Of a stretch of DNA of 64,000 bases, positions 53,340 to 64,000 are shown in pieces; position 1 is the first letter of the stretch; each line of letters starts with the position of its first letter. This DNA is from Octopus vulgaris (Eukaryota): positions 61,132,001 through 61,196,000 of the forward strand of contig OX597820.1 in the NCBI GenBank assembly GCA_951406725.2, given 5' to 3'. Under the pieces are notes generated by a model, which was not told the DNA's origin, did no database searches, and saw only the letters and a program-made list of their open reading frames with translations. The position numbers and the translations under genes are program-made.

Positions 53340-53905
53340 TTTTATCTTCTTTTACTTGTTTCAGTCATTAGACTGCGGCCACGCTGGAGCACTATAATGA
53401 AGAATTTTTATTCGAATGAATCAACCCCAGTATGTATTATTTAAGCCAGGTACTTATTCCATTGGGCTCTTTTGCCGAACTGCAAAGTTACGATGGTGGG
53501 ACACACACCCACACCTTTATACAGGGTTGCCCAAAATCACCCGAGAGTAAATTAAAATTCCATATCTGCAATTCTGTATTGACTCAGATGGGGAAATATG
53601 TCTCTCAAGGACTTCAGTTGGAACAATTTTCATGATGTTTTTAAGGATGTTTTTATTAAATTCATTCAGAAAAAAAAAAATATATAAATCTTGGAATTAA
53701 ATGGTTTTGTTTTACTGTCAGGTGACTTTTGGTCAACCCTGTATATATATATAAGATCGGCTTCTTTCAATTTCCGTCCACCAAATCCACTCTCAAAGCT
53801 TTGGCTGGCCCGAGGCTACAGTAGAAAACACTTCCCAAGGTGCCACGCAATTGGACTAAACCTAGAAACATGTGGTTGGAAAGCAAGCTCCTCACCACAC
53901 AATGC
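53340..53905 (-). mobile_element. SINE family A copy interrupted by a Tc1/mariner MITE
   Basis: Tail at 53340-53520 and head at 53745-53905. Confidence 0.75.
53522..53741. mobile_element. Tc1/mariner MITE
   Basis: About 30-bp TIR CAGGGTTGCCCAAAATCACCCGAGAGTAAA versus CAGGGTTGACCAAAAGTCACCTGACAGTAAA, with TA on both sides. Confidence 0.85.
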
Positions 53906-54232
53906 TCTTTGAGGCGAAGTCTATATTATTCTCAATATAAATTTCGTCAGTATTATTCAGTCATGGGAGATATAGTTGTCTTAGTTATAGTTAGCCATGA
54001 CGTGACCTGCTGTCAGCTGGAATCCGTTCAGTTAACAGTATTCTATCAAATGGTGAAAGGTTAAATATAAACAATTGCGAATCTTTTCAATCAAAACTGT
54101 ATGTCGTCATCGTATTTCACTCGGTCTCAGAACATGCTGCTCATTGGGAAACTATTTATTGCTCAATATTTTTAGAGCGGTTGATACCTTATGAGTGAAT
54201 TTGGTTGACTGAAACAGTGAAGAAGCCTGTCG

Positions 54233-54331
<99 letters not shown>

Positions 54332-54653
54332 CAAAATGGGACAAGAACGCAAAACATCCGGACAGCTAGGTGATACAAAAAGGCACAACAGAACATCCAG
54401 ATAGATGATGCAAAGAAAACAAGGACGGGTCATTCGAAGCCCTCTATCCTCAGTCAAGCATCAGATTATCCTCGCAATTTCGACTGATTATTCTTGAGAT
54501 TGCTCCAATCTGGCCAGCCCCAGGGAAAAACTAAGCTAAGAGCATTAGATTCCTTGGAAGAAAGCAGCGAATTTATGCAAAACAAGGACGGAAAAAACGA
54601 ACAAAGTTACACAAATATAAATATATATATATATCCATTCGAAGGTTATAATG

Positions 54654-54700
54654 GACAGTCCAACGATAGCTTAGCTAGCTGAAACTTCGAAGTCACTGTC
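54654..54700 (+). ncRNA. Type-I hammerhead ribozyme variant
   Basis: GACAGU-CCAACGA-U-AGCU-UAGCU-AGCU-GAAA-CUUCGAAG-UC-ACUGUC. Perfect 6-bp stem I, palindromic stem III and a GUC triplet, but the core deviates from CUGANGA. Confidence 0.7.
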
Positions 54701-54852
54701 AACAACATTCTTGTTTAAGAATAACACACATACATGTTAAAACTGGTCCCTCTTGTTTTTGGTCATTGCCTTTACATCGTGTGGGCGGGGGACGTTTGGC
54801 TTAGTGGTTAGAGTGTTGCACTCACAATCTAGCGATCGCGATTTCATTTCCT

Positions 54853-56757
54853 CATCATCATCATTGTTCGACCGTGGTCGAGTCAATGGAATTTACAATG
54901 GAACTTGCCAGACTTCACGGTCCATCATGGCATTACGGAGGTCTTGTTGCTGGATGCCTGTATCCATGGAGATTACATCAGGGTAGGAGAGTGTGCGCCC
55001 TCTGGTATTGCGAGTAGATGGCTTCCAGAGAAGAGTAGAAATTACTTCTTTTTCAGCTCTACAACAATGTCCAGCAAACTGGACTCTCCTACCTTTCACA
55101 AGAGATGACACAGGTGATAGTTTCCCATATATTTGCATTTTGGTTGGATGGCGCTTCCACGAGAGATTTTGAGCTCTCATAAGGAGGCGAGTGTAGGTTC
55201 CATCCAACCGCCTCTCAAGCTTCTTTGATAACGTCCAGGTTTCTGAGCTATATAGTAGAATTGGTTCGACTGTGGCTTTGAATATTTCAAGTTTGAAGTC
55301 TCTACTTAGATTTGATGACCAGATTTTATGCATGTCATTACAGGCTGACCAGGCCTTACCCTTTCTAGTTAGAAAGTCTTTTCCAGATGATGATATGTAT
55401 GACCCAAGATATTTATAATCAGAAACCATATTTAAGGGCGCATTGTTGAGAGTATGGATGATGCAATCACTGTTGGACAGGCTCTTGTTTATGTATTCAG
55501 TTTTGGCCTCATTGAGGTAAAGACCTACACAATTTGAGGCTTGTTCAAGAGATTGTAAAAGAGACTGGGCATTGGAGAGAGAATCACTGATAAGAGCGAT
55601 GTCGTCAGCAAAGTCAGTGTCTGTCAAGTACTCAGCTGGGTGTCTGGAACTTCTTCTTGGTTTTATTTCAAAGCCCTTGCCAGAGATGGTATCAACTGAC
55701 ATACGTAGCACATAATCAACAACAATGATGAAAAGAAATTGGGGCGAGTGTGTCTCCCTGCAGTATTCCGGCTTTGATTGAGAAAGATGATGTTTCTCCG
55801 TCAGGGGTTAAGATGGTTGAAGACGTATCTGTGTAGAGGACCTTGATGGCAGAAATGATTTTGTCTAGTATCCCATAGAGCTTAAGGATTTCAAACATCT
55901 TGTACCTATCTACAGAATCGAACGCTTTAGAAAAGTCTACAAATACCATTGCAAGATCGCGATTAAATGCTTTTGATTCTTCAATAAGTCTGCGTAGGCA
56001 TAGTATCTGGCTCAGCGTTGAGCGCCCATGTCTGAATCTATTTTGGTTCTTTCGGAGCAAAGGTTCAACAAAAAGGACAAGACGATTTAGGATCAGTTTG
56101 TTGTACAGTTTTGCAGCAATTGACATTAGAGATATACCCCTGTAGTTGGTGACGAGGGATAAATCGCCTTTTTTGGGTATTGGAATGATTTGAGATTGGT
56201 GCCAAATCTTTGGAGCGACAAAGGTGGAAAGTGTGTGGTTGCAGAGGTTGAGCAAAAGTGTGTGAAATCTATCATCCTTCCAAATTACAGCTGGGATGTT
56301 GTCGGGACCAAATGCTTTCGAGGCTTTTAGTTGCTTGGTGGCTGCTGTTAGTTCAAATATGGTAAAAGGGGAGGTGTTGATGTCCAGCGTGTCTGATATA
56401 GGCACACTTGGGAGAGTGGGGTTATCAGGGATTTTGGCATTCTTCCCAAGGAGGTTTTTAAAATGGGTTGACCAATTTTCTAAACGCTTCTTAGCTGATC
56501 CCCCTTTAATTCTAATTGATGACCCAGAATTTTTGCCTGATAGGTCTTTGATGGATTTCCAGGCGAGATGGTGTTTTTTACTAATGTGCTCTTTGGATAG
56601 TTTACTAATTTTGCCATTGATAAAGTCGAGCTCGGCGTTCAAGTAAGCCTCATCAAGATTCTTCTTGGCAGCTATGAGTTGGATCTTCAGTGACTGGGAT
56701 GGAGAACGGTGGTAAGCTAGTGATATAGACTTTAGATGGTTTCTGGCTTCGATGACA
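54853..56757 (-). mobile_element. RTE-clade LINE, 5'-truncated, RT with one frameshift, (GAT)n tail and 10-bp TSD
   Basis: Motifs 'PIPKKGDLSLVTNYRGISL', 'FVDFSKAFDSV', 'GILQGDTLAP', 'DFADDIAL', 'YKYLGS' and 'FAGHC'. TSD TTCATTTCCT at 54843-54852 and 56758-56767. Confidence 0.95.
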
Positions 56758-56913
56758 TTCATTTCCTAGACCGGGTGGTGCGTTGTGTTCTTGAGCAAAA
56801 CACTTCATCTCGCGTTGCTCTAAGATCACTTCGACACCTGACGCGTGGCACAAACGTTGATTTAATGGAGTAAGTGATCTAATGTGCGGCACGAACATTT
56901 GATCGCTATAAAC

Positions 56914-57356
56914 TAGTGCTACTCAAAGTGGTGGGTCGCGGACCGGTGCCGCTCCGTGAGCCATCAGCTGCCGGTACGCGGCGAATTTCCAGAAAAGAAA
57001 GAAACATAAAATACTTATGTAATATTGCATTATTTATTTACGTTCTGAGTTCAAATTCCGTCGAGTTCGACTTTGCCTTTCATCATTTTGGAGTCGATAA
57101 ATTAAGTACCAGTTGCGTACAGTGTCGATCTAATTGACTGGCCCCGCTCCCCAAAAATTTCGGGCCTTGTGCCTAGAGTAGAAAAGAATATTGTTTACAA
57201 AATAAATATAAGATTAAAAAAAGTAGTCATCTTTTATTATAATCATTATATATATTGTTTCCGGTAGAAATTAATATTAATTAGAAATATTGCCGATGTT
57301 GGACACATTGGGAAAAAACTGCCCGTACGGCACATCAGATAGCCTGAGAAGCACCG
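56914..57356. mobile_element. hAT (Charlie-like) MITE with 8-bp TSD, containing a SINE B fragment
   Basis: Ends TAGTGCTACTCAAAG / CCTGAGAAGCACCG. TSD CTATAAAC at 56906-56913 and 57357-57364. Confidence 0.82.
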
Positions 57357-57433
57357 CTATAAACAAATCATTTGTACAGGTCGTTCCGCAAAAACTGAAT
57401 GCTCATACATTTTCTTCGACAGGAGAGTCCATA

Positions 57434-57473
<40 letters not shown>

Positions 57474-57710
57474 GTGTGTGTGTGTGTTCAACGTTTGACA
57501 TCCAGTTTTGGTTTGTTTACGTCTTTGTTATTCACCGATTCGACAAAAGACACCCATAGTATAAATATCAAGCTTAGAATAAGCAATGAAACAAGTAAAA
57601 GAGAATGAGAAACAGTACGTTCGTACTATACATTTTCTAAATTATTATTTCGAGGCCTCATAAAGGAAGTGTTACCGACTTGGTTAACACACTGCATAAT
57701 AATAGGACCA

Positions 57711-57990
57711 TCTATATATAGAGAGATGAGAATGTCTGTCTGTCTGTGTGAATCCCTAAAACTTGAGAACTACACAACCAATTTCATTCAAATTTTTACA
57801 CATTCCTTAGAGTCCATGCAGTGTCACAGGCCAAAAAAATTGTTAACTTCTTGACTAGTGCGAGCCAGAACAATACTACATCTCCTCCACTATTTCAGTA
57901 TTGCGTGTCAAAAGTGAAACAATAACATCTCTCTATTGTAATGTCAGATATTTTCACTTTATAGTTTCACTTTAATACTGAAACTATTAA
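57711..57990 (+). mobile_element. Helitron-like 5' fragment (a similar one begins near 58703)
   Basis: TCTATATATA start followed by (TGTC)n and 'CCAATTTCATTCAAATTTTTACAC', typical of invertebrate non-autonomous Helitrons. Confidence 0.5.
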
Positions 57991-60900
57991 AATAAAACTA
58001 TTATCTCACTTTTTCTATTCCTGAGCGTTATACTAATACATCTGTTTGTTTTGTACACCACCTGTCTACGTCTTTTGCTGGGTTTTTTATCGTAAACTCT
58101 CCCTATACATCTATATCTATATATATACATGTATATGTGATGTATATATAGATGTACATGTAATATGTACACATATATATACACATATATACATGCATAC
58201 ATATATACACCCATACACACACATATACACGCATATACATAGGTGAAGGTGTGGCAAGAAACTTGGTTCCAAAACACATGGTCCCGGGTTCAGAATCACT
58301 GTGTGGTGACTTGGCATGTGTCTTCTGCTATAGCCCAGAACAACCAAAGCCTTGTCAGTGGATTTTGTAGTCAGAAACTGAAAGAAATCAATCGTATATA
58401 TATGTATGTATATATGTAAGTCTATGTGTGTGTCTTTGTGTTTCTCCCGCATCACTGCTTCACAACTGCTATTCGTTTATTTACATCCCCATAACTTACT
58501 GGTTTGACAAGAAGAAACTGATAGAATAAGTACCAGGCTTATCAAAATAAAAAAAGCACTAGGCAGTGTCTCATATTTTTGTTTGCCCACTCAGTTGTAT
58601 CTATCAACCTATTTTTGTGTGTGTGTGTGTGTGTGTGTATGTATTTATAAATATATATAATACACACACACACACACACATACATGTATGTGCATATTCA
58701 TATCTATTATATAAAAGTCAATGTCCTTCTGTGTGTTCGTGTGTTACTTATACATTCGAAAACTACTACACCGATCCTAATGAAATTTCAAACACAAAAT
58801 TGAAGCCTAGGGAGAAGGATAATGCTGTGTGTTTCATACAATTTCATGGACCAAAATTTCTGAATGGATCCTTATGATATTTGGAACTTAAATTCAATGC
58901 ATAAGGGCAGGTATAATGCAGTATGTTTGGTTTGAATTTGAGATGGCCTAAATTTTCGATGTTGATGAAATTTCAACCATGGGTAATTGACACACATCAA
59001 GAAGTACTCTCAAAGTTTCCGCTTCTCATGAGGATTCTAAGACCCCCCTAATAGGGGCCTTAATTCCCAAATTTTAGTCATTTTTTAATGATCCAAAACT
59101 AGGTCAAAATTACTGAATGTATTTCTATGCAATTTGGAAATTATATTCTATGCATAACGGCCATAACCCCCATGAAAATTCATATATTTTTGCTGTTGAT
59201 GAAATTTTAAACATAGATATTAGATACAAATGAAGTAATATTTCTAAAATTTTATCTTCTTAGAAGTTAGAAAGACCCCTTCATGACCCACAATTTAGTC
59301 ATTTTATCTAAGCAAAGACGAATACAGTTGTACTCTTGGAAGCTGTAGGGTCACCCGAGCATAAAAGATGAGCATTATTTGTAATTCAGGGGTACAACAG
59401 TGTAAGAGTTTGCTTTGAGATATACTTAGACAATGCTTTCTACTATTGGCACAAGGCCTGGAAGTTTTGTGGGAAGGTGTGCTGGTCGATTACACCGACA
59501 CTAGTATTCGGATCTATAGCAATTGGAAGGGCATGACCCAACTCAAACATTAACAACTGTGTGACGTGAGGGATAAGGGGAAATGAAAGTGTCAGCTCTG
59601 GAGTTTGCAAATAACCACTATACCGATAGGTAACTGGACAGAATAAATTTACAATCTATAAATGTCTTTCAATGACCAGTCACTAATCTGGGAAGGCCTT
59701 GAAATCAATGTTACCATCGAGGGACTATGTGTAACCCAGTGATAATAAAAAGACTCAAAGGAGGTCTGCAGCCAAATAACTTTACTGAACACTTTGCAAC
59801 TGAATCAGTGGAGGCAAAGATGCCTCTCACTTACTTGACCATTTATGCACCAAATTGTTGCATAATTTACTTGTTGAGTTCAAATCTCACCAAGATCAAC
59901 TTTACTTTTCGTCCTTTCGAGGTCGATAAACTAAAGTACCAATCAAGTACCTGGGTCGATGCTGGCCTTGTGCCAAAATTTGAAAACTTTGTTATTGCTT
60001 CTAAAAGACTAAAACTCAAAATTAAAGAATACAAGTTCAATAGAATCGTATTACTTTTTCTTATAAACCTTTCAAAGGGTTCGCTCCCACTGCTAGCGAT
60101 GTATTGTACATAAAGGGTGCAGAGCTTGCACTGAAAACCAGCTGGTGGAGAATCCGCCTGGGGTTAAACTAGTAGTAACGTTCATCTGCCACTTTGATGT
60201 GGCTACTCGCTTTACCAATTAAGAAAATGTTTTATAGAAATTTAAATAATATTGTAACGTATATTTTATGATTTTTCACACCTTTGCATAACGAGAATGA
60301 AAGCTCATTTGATCATAGATTATTTGCAGTAACGTGGAGGGAAAAGAAGAGCCGGTCAACTCCGGGCAACGCTTTTATGGTGGTGGTGGTAGTGGTGGTA
60401 TTTTGGGGTCTGCTGTATGAGGGTGTATAGGGCTCGAGATGGATGAAAAGAAGCAAACTTATGGACTATTCCGGAGGTGGGGCACGTACAAGCTACGCCG
60501 CTAAGTATCTGAAATTATTTAAACCTTAACAAAACCTGGAATTTGCAATTAAGATCGAGGAAGGGATCATTGATATGTTTGAGTGTGTCTTTGTATCTAT
60601 GTTTGAACACACCACCGTTTGACAACCGGTGTTGGTTTGTTTACGTTCCTATAGCCTAACAGCTCGGCGAAAGAGACCGATAGTATTTGGCTTAAAACAA
60701 GAATTTGGGATCAATTTCTTCAACAAACCCTTCAAGGCGGCGCCCCTGCTTGGCCCTCCTCTTTGGTGCTTTAAGTACGAGCTTATTTTGTCTAATGGTT
60801 GGTTAGTCTGACCCCTGCTTGAACTGTTAAGCAGCTTCACTCACTCGTTTGCTAACCACAGTTGTTGTAGTTGCTGCTGTTGATGATGATGATGTTGCTG

Positions 60901-61081
60901 TTGTTGTTCTTGATGATAACGTTGTTGATGAGGATGCTGATGATGATGCTGATGATGGTATTGATGATAATGATGACGACGACAATGACGTTGATATTGT
61001 TTTTGGGGATGATGTGGTTGCTGACAGTGATGTTTAATCCCATGTCGGCTCTGATTGAGCAAACTTTATAATCAAAGACAT

Positions 61082-61519
61082 TCCAACCGTGACCAGTTCG
61101 TTTTCCCTACTTACAGAGAACCCTTAGCCACACAGTCCAACCGTGACCAGTTTGTTTTCCCTATTTACAGAGAACCCTTAGCCACACAGTCCAACCGTGA
61201 CCAGCTCGTTTTCCCTACTTACAGAGAACCCTTAGCAACACAGTCCAACCGTGACCAGTTCGTTTTCCCTACTTACAGAGAACCCTTAGCCACACAGTCC
61301 AACCGTGACCAGTTCGTTTTCCCTACTTACAGAGAACCCTTAGCCACACAGTCCAACCGTGACCAGTTCGTTTTCCCTACTTACAAAGAACCCTTAGCCA
61401 CACAGTCCAACCGTGACCAGTTTGTTTTCCCTACTTACAGAGAACCCTTAGCCACACAGTCCAACCGAGACCAGTTCGTTTTCCCTACTTACAGAGAACC
61501 CTTAGCCACACAATCCAAC
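61082..61519. repeat. 54-bp minisatellite, 8 near-identical copies
   Basis: Unit TCCAACCGTGACCAGTTCGTTTTCCCTACTTACAGAGAACCCTTAGCCACACAG. Confidence 0.97.
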
Positions 61520-61901
61520 TTGTTCTCTTCTAAGGTGACAAAATGTGATTTGGGTGCTCCTTCTAGCGAATTGCGCATCCACGTAGAGGTGCCTTCATTG
61601 ACATAAAGTAATTAATTACAAGACTAAGATTTGGCTATGAAATTGTAAATTTGGGTTATGTGGTGAGGAAAGTAAAATCAGCTGATTCTGTTTAGAATAA
61701 TTACCTATAATAATAAATGCGCACGTGCATGTGTGTGTATCAAAAAGGTATAGCTGCTTAGCTCTGAGTGTGTGTGTGTGTGTGTGTGTGTGTACGTGCG
61801 TGCGTGCGCCTGACTAAACTTTTATGTGCATAGTCAAAATAGATGCACATATGTCCTATATACCTTATATATTGTATTTATGCATAAACGTATATAAGAG
61901 T

Positions 61902-61937
<36 letters not shown>

Positions 61938-62109
61938 TTAGCGGCGTAACGAGTGTCTGTGTTGCCCGGGGCAACCCTTGAGCTTGCCGGGCCCTGCCGA
62001 GCCTATACAGACTTATTACAGCAGATCCAAAAGTACCGCCCCCACAAAAACGTTCCCCGGGGCGAGTCGCCCCCTGCCCTCGTCTCCTTCTAAATTCTCT
62101 CATGCTACT

Positions 62110-62110
<1 letters not shown>
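61938..62110. mobile_element. GC-rich hAT-like MITE (related pieces near 44695-44822, 48340-48476 and 50600-50800)
   Basis: Ends TAGCGGCGTA / CATGCTACTG and a shared internal ACAGCAGATCCAAAAGT motif. Confidence 0.5.
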
Positions 62111-62390
<280 letters not shown>

Positions 62391-62604
62391 TGTGTGTATG
62401 CGTGCATGAATGTGCGCATGTGTGTGTAAGCGTGTGAGTGATGTGCACATTTGAATAGACGAGGGGAAAACATCTGGTTTAGTAGCATTAAGATAACATT
62501 ATAAAACTGAATGGATCTAAGTCAAAGTAATAATTAGTTTAGAGAAAGGCTAAATCAAACGAGAAAACATGTACAATATTAATGAGGGAATGTATGTATG
62601 TATG

Positions 62605-62635
<31 letters not shown>

Positions 62636-62670
62636 CTCTCTATATATATATGTATATATATATCTCTCTC

Positions 62671-62897
62671 GGCGAGCTGGCAGAAACGTTAGCAGGACGG
62701 GCGAAATGCGTAGCCGTATTTCGTCTGTCGTTACGTCGTGAGTTCAAATTCCGCCGAGGTCGACTTTGCCTTTCATCCTTTCGGGGTCGATAAATTAAGT
62801 ACCAGTTACGCACTGGGGTCGATGTAATCGACTTAATCCGTTTGTCTGTCCTTGTTTGTCCCCTCTATGTTTAACCCCTTGTGGGCAATAAAGAAAT
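62671..62897 (+). mobile_element. SINE family B copy, young
   Basis: CpG-intact full match to family B. Confidence 0.88.
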
Positions 62898-62960
62898 ATA
62901 TATATATATATGCAGGTATGTATATATATATATGTGTGTGTGTGTACGTGTGTGTGTGTA

Positions 62961-63199
62961 GAGGATGGCCCAAAAGTAGGTTTACAGTAATACAACTATC
63001 TCTTTCACATTCATATATTAACAGATTAGATCTTCATTATTAAAAAAAAATATGAAACCATTAATCTATGCTAATTTAGTTAATTTTATCAAGTTCCCTT
63101 TTCAGTTTTGTAAGATACAAATTTAAATGTAATAAAATACTTTAAACAAAATTCAAAGTACCTACGTGATAACTGTAAGCCTACTTTTGGATCACCCTG
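62961..63199. mobile_element. Tc1/mariner MITE
   Basis: TIR GAGGATGGCCCAAAAGTAGGTTTACAGT versus CAGGGTGATCCAAAAGTAGGCTTACAGT. Confidence 0.75.
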
Positions 63200-63240
63200 T
63201 GTGTATGTATGTGTGTATATATATATATATATGTGTGTGC

Positions 63241-63289
<49 letters not shown>

Positions 63290-63384
63290 GTGTGTATGCA
63301 TATAGAAATACGTACATACATACATATAGATATATATATATATGTATATATGTATAGATTATATGAATAGATATATATATGTGT

Positions 63385-63428
<44 letters not shown>

Positions 63429-63483
63429 GTATATATGTATATATATATGTATATATATATATGAATAGATATATATATGTATG

Positions 63484-63533
<50 letters not shown>

Positions 63534-63570
63534 TGAATAGATATATATATGTATGTATATACATATATAA

Positions 63571-63602
<32 letters not shown>

Positions 63603-63613
63603 ATAGATATATA

Positions 63614-63647
<34 letters not shown>

Positions 63648-63692
63648 GTGTGTATGCATATAGAAATACGTACATACACACATACATACATA
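63200..63692. repeat. Complex (TA)/(TG) microsatellite with duplicated ATAATGTGTGTATGCATATAGAAATACGTACATAC unit
   Basis: The unit occurs near 63285 and 63643. Confidence 0.9.
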
Positions 63693-64000
63693 GCCGAAAG
63701 CTTTTCTGTTTGCATCGTATTGTTTTAGTACTATGTATGTATAATTATTCCTCTAGCAACTTGTAAAGCCGTAAGGCGTTTTCTATTGTATATGTACCAT
63801 TCCTTGTCTGTTACATCTTGCCATTATTTCTTATTGTATACGCAATGTTATTTTGTCTTGTCCTTGTACACATTCGTCAACTTTTCCTGTAGCTCTATGC
63901 TCTGGCGCCCCCCTTGCTAAGAGTGGTCTTGGTTTTAAATAGCGTGAAACTCACTCAGAAGTCACGGAAACCAACTGATAAGAAAATCAGCTGCGAATTT

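Larger units (their letters stand above)
54787..57420 (+). mobile_element. tRNA-derived SINE split by the RTE and a hAT MITE
   Basis: Head TGGCTTAGTGGTTAGAGTG at about 54797. It continues as AGACCGGGTGGTGCGTTGTGTTCTTGAGCAAAACAC after the RTE TSD. Confidence 0.7.

Noticed and set aside
61055-61606. CRISPR array or repeat-protein gene
   Set aside because: The units are contiguous with no unique spacers and there are no cas genes. The ORF has no ATG start and arises because the unit length is divisible by 3.
63692-63705. GCCGAAAGCTT as the 3' half of another hammerhead
   Set aside because: No upstream CUGANGA core or stems are present, so it cannot be told from chance.
63089-63715. YIYI/THTH-type ORFs here and throughout the window
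   Set aside because: They are translations of dinucleotide microsatellites.

Overview
AT-rich, repeat-dense eukaryotic DNA. The SINE families and microsatellite load look like an octopus (cephalopod) genome; this is recognition-based and unverified. The only host coding sequence I can support is the first coding exon (minus strand, 41009-40514) of an INF2/inverted-formin-like protein (GBD/FH3-DID region). I found no downstream exon, so 1-40513 is probably one long intron. The rest is mobile DNA: a Penelope-like element (RT + GIY-YIG, decayed), a 5'-truncated RTE LINE with a target-site duplication, an RT-deleted R4/Dong-like element, L1/Tx1, CR1/L2 and RTE scraps, mariner, hAT, piggyBac and Helitron remnants or MITEs, three tRNA-derived SINE families plus a (GAT)n-tailed retroposon, and a 54-bp minisatellite. 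The most striking signal is a set of short non-coding repeats from several unrelated families that carry minimal type-I hammerhead ribozyme motifs with palindromic stem III. They are often inserted as head-to-head fold-back palindromes. One family fuses a tRNA-like Pol III head to the hammerhead, making it a candidate Penelope-mobilised ribozyme-SINE.
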